Virus record (IMG/VR): IMGVR_UViG_3300030333_007526
Location: 1-59,112 of that record
Source of the DNA: a virus
Taxonomy: Duplodnaviria; Caudoviricetes
DNA length: 59,112 nucleotides
Direction: 5' to 3' (one strand)
The translations under genes and the position numbers were made by a program. Each line of letters begins with the position of its first letter. The first letter of the stretch is position 1. A model generated the notes under the pieces. That model did not search any database. It was not told the origin of the DNA and saw nothing but the letters and a program-made list of their open reading frames with translations. Positions 38,416 through 47,023 of this stretch are shown here, in pieces.

Positions 38416-38725
38416 CGATTAAATTATTTCCTTCATTTGTTTCTTCCGTCAGCGAATAAATGTACTCAAATGTTTCTAATTGCTCATTAAATGAAATTGC
38501 GTGCTGTAAAAGCCCATTCAATGTTTCATCTCCGTAAAAACTTTCTAACTCATAAACCGCTTTAAGGTGAGCAGCAAATGAATTCACCATTTGTTGAAAA
38601 TCACCCAATTCCTCAGAAACGGATAAAAGTTGTAATATGGCTGTTCTAACATAAATTATCAAACCTATGTTTAAAATAACTGAAAATGTTAGTAACGCTG
38701 AAAGTATAATATCAAGTCTGCTCAT
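38375..38725 (-). CDS. Hypothetical protein with one N-terminal transmembrane helix
   Basis: Probable start MSRLD at 38725; hydrophobic IILSALLTFSVILNIGLIIYV followed by an acidic helical region. Confidence 0.6.
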   Translation of the reverse strand: MSRLDIILSALLTFSVILNIGLIIYVRTAILQLLSVSEELGDFQQMVNSFAAHLKAVYELESFYGDETLNGLLQHAISFNEQLETFEYIYSLTEETNEGNNLIDDNQEEEENALET

Positions 38726-38978
38726 AGTCTTCGCTTTTTGCTTCTTTAATTTGTTCTTGTAAAATCCTACGATTTTCTTCAATATATTCTTTTGTCAATT
38801 CGCCAACTTTGTCTTGGCTAATTTGAATATCGCTTTTTATAATAATCGGCGTTGACAAAAGCTTTTCCATGCTTTGAGTGGCGTCACACTTAGGGCAATC
38901 AACCAGTACTTCATTGATTCCGTGAACTAATGTAAAAGTAAGTGTGCACTCATTACACATATACCTATATCTAGGCAT
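38712..38978 (-). CDS. FmdB-family zinc ribbon protein
   Basis: MPRYRYMCNEC...F...CPKC...MEKLLS matches the MP.Y.Y.C..C...CP.C signature. Confidence 0.85.
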   Translation of the reverse strand: MPRYRYMCNECTLTFTLVHGINEVLVDCPKCDATQSMEKLLSTPIIIKSDIQISQDKVGELTKEYIEENRRILQEQIKEAKSEDYEQT

Positions 38979-39204
38979 TTCTTGGCTTAGCCATTTTTAC
39001 CAAATCTTCGTTTGTGATTTGGCTGTTATCTGTAAATCTAACAGTTGGGGGGTTGGTTACGGTTAGTCCTTCACCAGTGTCCTCAAGTTTAAAACCTTTA
39101 AGAATTGGAACAATATCCAACTCATTTAAAAGGGATTCCTGTAAAGCCATCATAATAGCTCCTAACGCTTGATCTGATAATTGCATTTCTTTCTCCTTTA
39201 CCAT
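38971..39204 (-). CDS. Small hypothetical protein
   Basis: 77 aa ORF that fills the gap and overlaps both neighbours; the start may be the internal MQLS behind AAGGAG. Confidence 0.6.
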   Translation of the reverse strand: MVKEKEMQLSDQALGAIMMALQESLLNELDIVPILKGFKLEDTGEGLTVTNPPTVRFTDNSQITNEDLVKMAKPRNA

Positions 39205-40148
39205 TTAAAATTGTTTTTATAATAATCAACTATGTTGATAATCTCTTGATCAAATTGTTTTTTTGGCTCCCAGCCAAGTAATCGGAGCCGGCTGTCGTCT
39301 AATGCATAACGAACATCTTGTCCTTCTCTAACATGTGAAAGATCAAGATATTCATCCCAGTTTCTTTTTTCCTCAAAGTAACATTCAAAAATTTTAATCG
39401 CAGTATCAATATTTTTTTGTTCAAATCCACCAGCAACATTATAGATGTTATCAACGGCACCCGACTCAATTAGTGTTATTACTGCCTCTGCTGTATCATC
39501 TGAGTGCAGCCAATTTCTAATTGGCTCTCCTTTGTCGTGTAGCTTAATTTTTTTACCACGCATCAAGTTTTTGACCACTAAAGGAATTAATTTTTCTGGA
39601 TATTGACCGATGCCGTAATTGTTTGTTGGGCGTAAAATTATATAATTTATTCCATAAGTTCTTGCCCATGCAAGTATCAACATATCAGCAGCAGCTTTTG
39701 ATGCAGAATATGGATTGCTAGGTTTAAGAATGTCTGTTTCGCAATGAACACCCAAGTCAATATCACCATATACTTCATCAGTGCTAAAATGAAAAAATAT
39801 TGGTCGATCACTAACGTTGTGCTGTTTGTTACGAATAAGATCTAGTAAATTTTTAACTCCAACAATATTAGATTGCAAGAAATCTGAGCTATCAATAATA
39901 CTATTTCCAACGTGAGACTCAGCAGCTATGTTAATTACGTAATCACAATCAGGTAAGTGCTTTAATCTTGCTATATCTTTTCTTATAAATGAAAAATTTT
40001 CATAATTATTAAATTCATCTAAAAACTCAACATTGGCTGCATATGTGCATTTATCAACACCATATACCTTCCATCCTTTTTCAAGGCACTTTCGAGTTAC
40101 ATAAGAACCAATTAGACCAAGACAGCCCGTAATAACAACTAGCTTCAT
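39198..40148 (-). CDS. rfbB: dTDP-glucose 4,6-dehydratase
   Basis: TGCLGLIG, DKCTYA, AAESHV, STDEVYG, PSNPYSASKA, NNYG..QYPEKLIP and D.RYALD are RmlB motifs. Confidence 0.85.
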   Translation of the reverse strand: MKLVVITGCLGLIGSYVTRKCLEKGWKVYGVDKCTYAANVEFLDEFNNYENFSFIRKDIARLKHLPDCDYVINIAAESHVGNSIIDSSDFLQSNIVGVKNLLDLIRNKQHNVSDRPIFFHFSTDEVYGDIDLGVHCETDILKPSNPYSASKAAADMLILAWARTYGINYIILRPTNNYGIGQYPEKLIPLVVKNLMRGKKIKLHDKGEPIRNWLHSDDTAEAVITLIESGAVDNIYNVAGGFEQKNIDTAIKIFECYFEEKRNWDEYLDLSHVREGQDVRYALDDSRLRLLGWEPKKQFDQEIINIVDYYKNNFKW

Positions 40149-40517
40149 CTAGTCTCCCTTGATGATCCTATGGCTATCTGAATCAAAATGCTCTGTTGAA
40201 AATTCAAATAATTCACTATCTTCAAGTGCGACCATTTGGTGTCTTAAACCGGTGGCTACATGAAATTTTTCTCCTGGATTAAGGATGATTTGATTTGCTT
40301 GCTCAATATCATCATTTCTAGAGTAGTAGACAATCATCTTGCCCGATTGTAAATAAAAAACTTCATCTTTAATCTTATGAAAGTGCCAAGAACACCGCTT
40401 GCCTTTGTTAAAAAACAAAAGCTTACCGCAGTACTCAGGACAATTTACAATCCAACGTTCCCATCCCCAGCCCTTTGGAACATGCTTCATTGGTAGTGGT
40501 TGTTTCTTTTTGCTCAT
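40149..40517 (-). CDS. Cupin-fold sugar isomerase-like protein
   Basis: PKGWGWE, SWHFHKIKDEVFY and G.RH metal-binding cupin motifs. Confidence 0.8.
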   Translation of the reverse strand: MSKKKQPLPMKHVPKGWGWERWIVNCPEYCGKLLFFNKGKRCSWHFHKIKDEVFYLQSGKMIVYYSRNDDIEQANQIILNPGEKFHVATGLRHQMVALEDSELFEFSTEHFDSDSHRIIKGD

Positions 40518-40852
40518 TGCTTAACTTCCTTATAAATATCAAAAAACTCAGCGTCTTTAACGCCCTTATCGTCAACATAAACATCACCTGATGGTTTTCC
40601 TAAAAACAATGAGTGATATTTTACTCCCCAAGTTTCTAATTGTTGAACGGTGTAATCATAAAATAGCACATATGCAGCTGTTTGATTATTGTTGGTTCTT
40701 CCCATGCCTCGCGCTGTTTGTAAAACAATCGTATGGCCCTCATCATAAAGACTATTGACCATTTGTATACGAGATTCAATTGGTTCAGCATAATCGTAAT
40801 CGCCTTCTGAATTACTACAAATAGTTCCATCTATATCGAAAACATAAGTCAA
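40514..40852 (-). CDS. Minimal HAD phosphatase (capsule-biosynthesis phosphatase-like)
   Basis: FDIDGTI, TARG, GKP..DVYVDDK. Confidence 0.85.
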   Translation of the reverse strand: MTYVFDIDGTICSNSEGDYDYAEPIESRIQMVNSLYDEGHTIVLQTARGMGRTNNNQTAAYVLFYDYTVQQLETWGVKYHSLFLGKPSGDVYVDDKGVKDAEFFDIYKEVKQ

Positions 40853-41241
40853 TTGCTTTTCTCCAGTATGCTGGTGGTTGAATACCCCTCTATTCTATCA
40901 AAAAACTTTAATTCTGTGCAATATTCCTCACCTACAACATTTTTACCTTTCCAATCTGAGCCAATTACCATTACATCAGGCTGTAGTTGTCGTATTTCTT
41001 GCTCTAATCCTTCGCGTGAGCTAAAAACAACAACCTCATCGATATACTTAATACACTCTAAAGCAAACTTTCTGTCTTCGACACAATTATGTGGTCGGCT
41101 TGGGCCTTTGTCATTGCGAACTTTTTCATCCGAATCAATGCCGACAATTAATTGATCACCAAAAGACTTAGCATATTTAAACATTTCAAAATGACCGCGA
41201 TGTAAAACATCAAAACAGCCATTAGTCCAGACAATTTTCAT
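40849..41241 (-). CDS. HldE domain II-like nucleotidyltransferase (heptose-1-phosphate nucleotidyltransferase/cytidylyltransferase family)
   Basis: WTNGCFDVLHRGH, KG..RP, GSDW, RIEGYSTT; probable start MKIVW at 41241. Confidence 0.88.
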   Translation of the reverse strand: MKIVWTNGCFDVLHRGHFEMFKYAKSFGDQLIVGIDSDEKVRNDKGPSRPHNCVEDRKFALECIKYIDEVVVFSSREGLEQEIRQLQPDVMVIGSDWKGKNVVGEEYCTELKFFDRIEGYSTTSILEKSN

Positions 41242-41242
41242 T

Positions 41243-42007
41243 TTATCTCCATATTTTGACATCGGGCATTGCGGTGTATTTTCTATATAAAGAGCCGTAT
41301 ACGTTTTCTATTTCATCTTTAAATACACTATTTCGCCAATCAGTTTTTCTTAATTTAAAATCATCAAAATTTAATTTATCAAATCCAAATCCTAAAAACT
41401 TTCTAAGTTTATCAATATTTTCAGGCTTTGACATAGTTTCATATTTTATTGTAATCATCTTGATGTCTAAACTATTATTTATAATTCTATCAAAATGATG
41501 TTCATATTGTAAAAAATCACATCTCAACATTAATTCTTGATAATTGTTTTTTTGAAAATCGCTTGGTGCATATTTTTTCATAGAGTTTCTCACAGCAGGT
41601 GAAAAAGAACAATCAGGACCACTCATGTGGATTGCAAAACTATTATGACAATTTTCAATAATATCAATTGGCAAAGGGTTTATTTGATTATCAGAAAGTT
41701 TATAGCCAGGATTTTTGTTTTTTTCATATCCCGACTCTGGCCATCTATTGAAAAACGAAGTAACACTATTGTAAGGATTTGCTATGAGGTGTATAAAAAT
41801 ATCTGTGCTTTTTAGTTCGTTGTGCTGGTACAAAAAATCAACATTTCTATCATGTGTTGATAAAACATGCATGCCTTGTTTGAAAAGTTGTTTTTGATAT
41901 TCTTTATTGTAATTTGGATCCGAAGGGTGTGGATTAAAACACTCATTGATTTTACTATTAAGATATCTGTTGCCTACCCTTGGGTAGCATAGGATCATAA
42001 TCTTCAC
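41243..42007 (-). CDS. Sulfotransferase-fold-like protein (divergent)
   Basis: CYPRVGNRYL (5'-PSB-like), ANPYNSVTSFF (3'-PB-like, Arg missing), IKYETM...LRKFLG. Confidence 0.45.
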   Translation of the reverse strand: MKIMILCYPRVGNRYLNSKINECFNPHPSDPNYNKEYQKQLFKQGMHVLSTHDRNVDFLYQHNELKSTDIFIHLIANPYNSVTSFFNRWPESGYEKNKNPGYKLSDNQINPLPIDIIENCHNSFAIHMSGPDCSFSPAVRNSMKKYAPSDFQKNNYQELMLRCDFLQYEHHFDRIINNSLDIKMITIKYETMSKPENIDKLRKFLGFGFDKLNFDDFKLRKTDWRNSVFKDEIENVYGSLYRKYTAMPDVKIWR

Positions 42008-42291
42008 TTAAGTTTTCCTGTTAAAATATCTTTAAGCATAACCCAGTCGCATGCCTTCGCCCAAATAGGATTTGTAAACGCAGCAGGCTCATTTTTTTCA
42101 AAAAAATAATGACCACTCCAAGCAAATGGATACACCACAAACGGTGCAGCTAATAACGCCCACCACCAGCCAACATAAATTGAAAATGCAACGTAGCTAA
42201 TTGTTGCCATCTGTCCGAGTACATGTAAATATCTATTTGTTTTGTTCTGGTGTAGTGTGAGATAGTATTCGTAATATTCTTTAAACGTCAT
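42004..42291 (-). CDS. DUF962/Mpo1-like small membrane protein
   Basis: FKEYYEYYLTLHQNKTNRYLHVLG...YPFAWSGHYFFEKNEPAAF..P......DW; probable start MTFKE at 42291. Confidence 0.85.
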   Translation of the reverse strand: MTFKEYYEYYLTLHQNKTNRYLHVLGQMATISYVAFSIYVGWWWALLAAPFVVYPFAWSGHYFFEKNEPAAFTNPIWAKACDWVMLKDILTGKLK

Positions 42292-43027
42292 TGATTGTAT
42301 TAACTCCTTTTTGTTGCACAACTTTTGTTGCGCAATCGTTTGCGTATTTAATTGCAATAAAAATATCTCTATCATTCAAATAGCTATAAACTAAAGCAGA
42401 AAGAAACGAGTCGCCTGCACCTGTTAGATCTTTAATCTCGACTTTATCAACAGGAAATATCAAGCTTTTATAAAAGCAACCTTTTTCGCCAGCTGTAACT
42501 ATTAACTTGTCCGAAATCCAATCAAAATCTTTAATAGATGTCCGTGTTTTATTATGTTCAACTTCGTTGATTTTAATAAAATCAACATCCATGGCCCAAT
42601 CATCGATAATTTTTTTGGTATCTAAAAAAACAAGCGGGTGGCTGGCTGCGATTGTTTCTATGTCATGCTCTAGTAGAAATCCTTTGTTATAGTCAGAAAT
42701 AATGACTGCGTTGTAATCTTCAAAATTAATATCGGATATGTTTTCAATTCTGTCTACTTTTTGCTCTCCGGTATCAACACGAACAATCATATGATTTGTT
42801 TTCTTTTCCACGTATCTTGTTTTTACAATCTCAGCAGAATTAGTAATCAAATCACATTCAATACCAAAAGACAATACATTCTCATAAACATTGCCCGCCA
42901 TGCCTCTGTTAGACTTTCGATGTGTCTCAACAAAAACAGGCACGGGGGCTGCAGGAGCTAGACGATCACAATTTCCATAAATAAATACGTCTTCGCAACT
43001 ATCGCCTATAACAAGGACTTTCATCAC
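42281..43027 (-). CDS. PfkB-family sugar kinase, HldE domain I (heptose-7-phosphate kinase)-like
   Basis: VIGD...D..IYG...RL.P.APVPV, K.RY, ISDYNKG, KINE.E, DLTGAGDSF. Confidence 0.88.
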   Translation of the reverse strand: MMKVLVIGDSCEDVFIYGNCDRLAPAAPVPVFVETHRKSNRGMAGNVYENVLSFGIECDLITNSAEIVKTRYVEKKTNHMIVRVDTGEQKVDRIENISDINFEDYNAVIISDYNKGFLLEHDIETIAASHPLVFLDTKKIIDDWAMDVDFIKINEVEHNKTRTSIKDFDWISDKLIVTAGEKGCFYKSLIFPVDKVEIKDLTGAGDSFLSALVYSYLNDRDIFIAIKYANDCATKVVQQKGVNTINDV

Positions 43028-44211
43028 TCACCTTTAATTACGCTACAAATATAATCAATATCTTCGTTTGTAAGCTCAGGATAGTTTGGTACAAAAAATC
43101 CTCGCGAGTGAATAATGTTACTCATTTCATCATCAAATTTGCCGTATCTACGCACCCAAAAAGGATGAAGACCTAAGTTACCAGCACTAAAAATTCTTGT
43201 CTCAATTTTGCTGTCAACTAATCTATTGACAATTTCTGTGCGGTGTTCTTTGCTGGTGGCCAGCGCTCCAAAAGAAATAGATACCGGCTTATGGTTTCGC
43301 CAATCTTGAAACTGAACATGCCCCTCAAGATTCTGTGCATACCGAACGTGATTTTCATATCTTCTTTGTGCGACCCACTTAGCCTTTTCCATTTGCCTAA
43401 TGCCAATAAATGCCTGCAAGTCTGTAGAGCGTAAGTTAAATCCAGCAACGAAGAAAGTAAACGGTTTATGAAAATCATCAATGCCGTGTTCCTCGATCAT
43501 GCCATCATATGTTTCTTGATCTAAATCCTTACCCCAGCCATGACTACGAAGCATTAGCATCAAGTCATATAATTCCTTGCTATCTGTGTTTACCATACCG
43601 CCTTCAATTGATGAAAGTTGGTGGCCAAAGTAAAAAGAAAAACTAGACATGTCGCCAAGTGTTCCGACCATAGATCCATCAGAATACTCAGCACCGAGTG
43701 CAGCGCATGAATCTTCCAAAAGAATAAATCCATACTTTTCTTTTAGCTCCATCATTCTTTCTTTGTAGTGGGGCACTCCCAAAACTTGAACAAAAATAAC
43801 GGCGTCAGGACAATCATCCTCACAAAGTTTTTCAAGCTGATCTAGATCCATGCCAAATGTATTTGGATCTGCGCCTACCATTACTGGCTCTAAACCAAAC
43901 TGAATTGCTGGAGATAATGTGGTGACCCATCCTACAGATGGAACAGCAATCTTTTTATTCTCAATATGTCCATTGTGCAGCGCAGCATAAACCATCAAAA
44001 GATTAGCTGATGAGCCCGAATTGCAAAAAACAGCGTATTTAGTTCCAACATAGTCAGCCCATAGTTTTTCAAATTCTAAAGTTAAATCGCCCTTTGTAAG
44101 TTTTGGGTATGACTTAAGCCATTCGCTAAGCGCATCAATATCTTCATCGCTAATTGTCTCCATAGCAAGAGGATACTTAATATCGTTTGCTCTAAATTTT
44201 TTATATGTCAT
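43024..44211 (-). CDS. DegT-fold PLP/PMP enzyme, ColD-type NDP-4-keto-6-deoxyhexose 3-dehydratase-like
   Basis: NSGSSANLL, LEDSC, SFSFYFGHQLSSIEGG (His where aminotransferases have Lys), LRSHGW, GFNLR; no Fe-S Cys cluster. Confidence 0.8.
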   Translation of the reverse strand: MTYKKFRANDIKYPLAMETISDEDIDALSEWLKSYPKLTKGDLTLEFEKLWADYVGTKYAVFCNSGSSANLLMVYAALHNGHIENKKIAVPSVGWVTTLSPAIQFGLEPVMVGADPNTFGMDLDQLEKLCEDDCPDAVIFVQVLGVPHYKERMMELKEKYGFILLEDSCAALGAEYSDGSMVGTLGDMSSFSFYFGHQLSSIEGGMVNTDSKELYDLMLMLRSHGWGKDLDQETYDGMIEEHGIDDFHKPFTFFVAGFNLRSTDLQAFIGIRQMEKAKWVAQRRYENHVRYAQNLEGHVQFQDWRNHKPVSISFGALATSKEHRTEIVNRLVDSKIETRIFSAGNLGLHPFWVRRYGKFDDEMSNIIHSRGFFVPNYPELTNEDIDYICSVIKGE

Positions 44212-44216
44212 TGTGA

Positions 44217-45497
44217 TTATCTCTCCTCAACTAATTTTAACATATCATTAAATTTTTGTGTTAATGATTTTAATCTATTATGTAAATTATGTATTTTTAA
44301 TCTCGCATCTATTGTTTTGTGCAATTTGAAATCAAACAAGCCTGCATAATCACATGAAGGATTTGGACAATTATATTCTTGTCCTGAAAAAAAATAAGAC
44401 ACATCACACCCTTCAACGGCGCAATCTGTCCAAAGATCAAAATCTTTACAATACTTGTCATTATTTTTAGCTAAAATTCTAGCAAACATGGGCTTATCAG
44501 GATGATGAGGGCACGTTGGAGGTTTTACAGATTCCATATTAATATCTTCAAACTTACACTTTGGACAATCCATCATTACTTGTGTGCAAGTTGGCTCTAT
44601 CAAATCACATGATTTTTTTAATGAAATCATTTCAGCTGCTAAATAATTAATCGGGTCTGCCATCGATTCAAAGCTAATTCTTGATGGAGCATATTTTCTA
44701 TAAACGTTATTGTTAACAAGTATATTAACATATTTATTTATAACTTCTTCCTCTTTTTTATATAGCGCGCCTGCCATTTCACACTCTGAACTAATATTTT
44801 CACTATTTTTATTAGTCTCATCTTTTTCTCTTATATAATCTGAATTGTTATTAGCCCACGACCAGTGCGCTACTTTAATTTCAGATAAGGATAATACGAA
44901 GCCGGCCCTTCTATAAATTTCTCCAAGGCCATAATCAGCACCCCAAAATTTCCATTCATGAGGTGCGAAAAAATTTAATTTTTCAAAAGCTTCGCGAGTT
45001 ATAATTGGAAAAGAACATCGACAAATAGAAAAATCTTGAAAATCATTATCTCCACAATCAATATTAATGTAAAATGCTTTTTGTCCAGGCTTCCAGCAAT
45101 AAAAATGATTTGCTAATTGTCCATGTTCTACAAATTTTTCAAACTCATTTACTTTGTTTAATAAAACATCATCCCAATTATCTACAATAATCTCTACATC
45201 ATCAGCGATGCCCCAAATTAAATCTCCAGAAGACTTGGAGGCACCAAATGTTAAATAATCTCTATTAAAAAACTTGCTTCTTTCTCTTGTTATCAGTTTT
45301 ATTGTTTTGTTTTCAGACAAGTTGTTGTTATAAAATTCTATAGTCTCATCGTCATCATCATCAACAATTAAAAGAAGCTCAAACACATCTGTATTTAAAA
45401 GATTGCTAGAGCCACGTTCGTACAAACTGTTAACAAATCTTTCTAACATTTTTGGGCGCCCTCTTGTTGGGCATATCATAGATATTTTTTGCCTCAT
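44217..45497 (-). CDS. Glycosyltransferase family 2 with C-terminal Cys-rich domain
   Basis: ISMICPTRGRP..L...V.SL, LLIVDDDD, IADDV, WGAD; C-terminal CPKC, CPHH, C....C and CPNPSC. Confidence 0.75.
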   Translation of the reverse strand: MRQKISMICPTRGRPKMLERFVNSLYERGSSNLLNTDVFELLLIVDDDDDETIEFYNNNLSENKTIKLITRERSKFFNRDYLTFGASKSSGDLIWGIADDVEIIVDNWDDVLLNKVNEFEKFVEHGQLANHFYCWKPGQKAFYINIDCGDNDFQDFSICRCSFPIITREAFEKLNFFAPHEWKFWGADYGLGEIYRRAGFVLSLSEIKVAHWSWANNNSDYIREKDETNKNSENISSECEMAGALYKKEEEVINKYVNILVNNNVYRKYAPSRISFESMADPINYLAAEMISLKKSCDLIEPTCTQVMMDCPKCKFEDINMESVKPPTCPHHPDKPMFARILAKNNDKYCKDFDLWTDCAVEGCDVSYFFSGQEYNCPNPSCDYAGLFDFKLHKTIDARLKIHNLHNRLKSLTQKFNDMLKLVEER

Positions 45498-47023
45498 TAA
45501 TCACCCAGAAGCTTACGCTTAAGTTTAATCTTGGTAGATTTTTCTACATTTTTCCTTGCTTTAACGCCAAACTTATCTTCAAGTAATTTAAGATATGACT
45601 GATCGGTGTGGTATGTCATCCAAGCTTTATCTCTAAATGCAAGAATCTGCTTTGCTGTAAGGTTGTCATTCGATAAGTTTAACGTTTCATATGCATGCTG
45701 GCTATAGCCAACATATGTATCAGGAAGCTTCCAACCTTTCTTTTTTGCTGTGAGGTGTAGTGGGCTACCGGGATATGCCATGGCGCAATACATATTAGTC
45801 ATTTCTGTTTTGTGCTCTAGTGCAAAATCTAACGTTGCCTGTAGTGATTCCTCAGTATCCATTGGTAAGCCAAAAATATAGTTTCCGCCAATGTTGATAC
45901 CGGCATTTCTAACTTCGTTCATAATATCAAGAATACGAACTTCTTTAAATCCATCTTTGTGAATTTCTTTTCTAAGCACCTGATCTGGATTTTCAATACC
46001 AAGCCCAAGCCAGTTTACACCAGCTTTCTTTAGTGTTTCTAAATACTTTGGCTTGCAAGTATCAATTCTAGAATATGCCCAGATATTAAAACCATAATCT
46101 CTTTCAATTAACATCTCACATATCTTTAAAAAGTGTCGCGGATTAAGAACAAATAATTCGTCTGCAATCTTGACGTTTTTAACGCCCATTGCTGCAATCT
46201 CATCAAATTGTCTAATCATAAACTCAGGCTCCCAAAACCTAAACACATTACTATCAGCGCTAGCTATGTCTAGTGCGGGATTTGTTCTGTTGATAATATT
46301 AATCATACAAAATGAACACCTAAAAGGACAACCCAGGCTTGTGTATAACGCTGCAAACGGAGCATTTTCCGTATTATTTGACCAAGAGTGCCAACCAGCA
46401 GTTCTATATTTGCTAATATCTGGTAGCAAATCCCACGCCATACCTGGCAAGTCACGTGATAAGTCTTTCTTAGCAACAATTATAGACGGCTCATTTAATA
46501 CAGGCGTTCCGTCGACCTTGTATCCTAATCCCTTTACTTTGTTTATTTGAGATTGATCATCTAAATTGTTAATTGATAATAACCCGCTTATTGTATAGAC
46601 ACCCTCATTTTGACAAATCATATCAATGCTAGGTTCTTTTAGTGTTTCTCGCGGCAATGCAGCCACGTGACCGCCAACAAAAAGTGTTCTTAGGTTAGGA
46701 GCAATCTTTTTTAATTCATCAGCCAGACCAACCGCTCCGTGCATATTCTGTGTTGATGCAGACGGCTGTTGGCCATATACGACAAAACATGCAATTCTTG
46801 GATTCACATCTTTAATTACCTGAGCAGCTTCAATGTAATTTAACCTTTCTGCTTCGCAATCTAATATTTGACTACCAAATCCATTAGAACGGCAATGTTG
46901 TGCCAGCATAGCAGCCCAAATCGGAGGCTCAATTGCAGAATAATCATTACTAAGATCTTGATAAATCTTTTTTGATGCGTTTGGGTGTATAAATAAAATA
47001 TCTAATTGTCTATTCATTTTCAA
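45497..47023 (-). CDS. Cobalamin-binding radical SAM enzyme (class B methyltransferase-like)
   Basis: N-terminal B12-binding domain (EPP.W, VGGH..ALP, EG..TI), TSLGCPFRCSFC (CX3CX2C), DELF, LGIE, YIFGLP, AYPGSPL. Confidence 0.92.
   Translation of the reverse strand: MKMNRQLDILFIHPNASKKIYQDLSNDYSAIEPPIWAAMLAQHCRSNGFGSQILDCEAERLNYIEAAQVIKDVNPRIACFVVYGQQPSASTQNMHGAVGLADELKKIAPNLRTLFVGGHVAALPRETLKEPSIDMICQNEGVYTISGLLSINNLDDQSQINKVKGLGYKVDGTPVLNEPSIIVAKKDLSRDLPGMAWDLLPDISKYRTAGWHSWSNNTENAPFAALYTSLGCPFRCSFCMINIINRTNPALDIASADSNVFRFWEPEFMIRQFDEIAAMGVKNVKIADELFVLNPRHFLKICEMLIERDYGFNIWAYSRIDTCKPKYLETLKKAGVNWLGLGIENPDQVLRKEIHKDGFKEVRILDIMNEVRNAGINIGGNYIFGLPMDTEESLQATLDFALEHKTEMTNMYCAMAYPGSPLHLTAKKKGWKLPDTYVGYSQHAYETLNLSNDNLTAKQILAFRDKAWMTYHTDQSYLKLLEDKFGVKARKNVEKSTKIKLKRKLLGD

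Noticed and set aside
40146-40151. TAG immediately followed by in-frame ATG (cupin-RmlB readthrough or amber recoding)
   Set aside because: A TAA-ATG junction of the same geometry occurs at 52734-52739, other TAG stops are followed by further stops or out-of-frame genes, and ORFs are full length under code 11.
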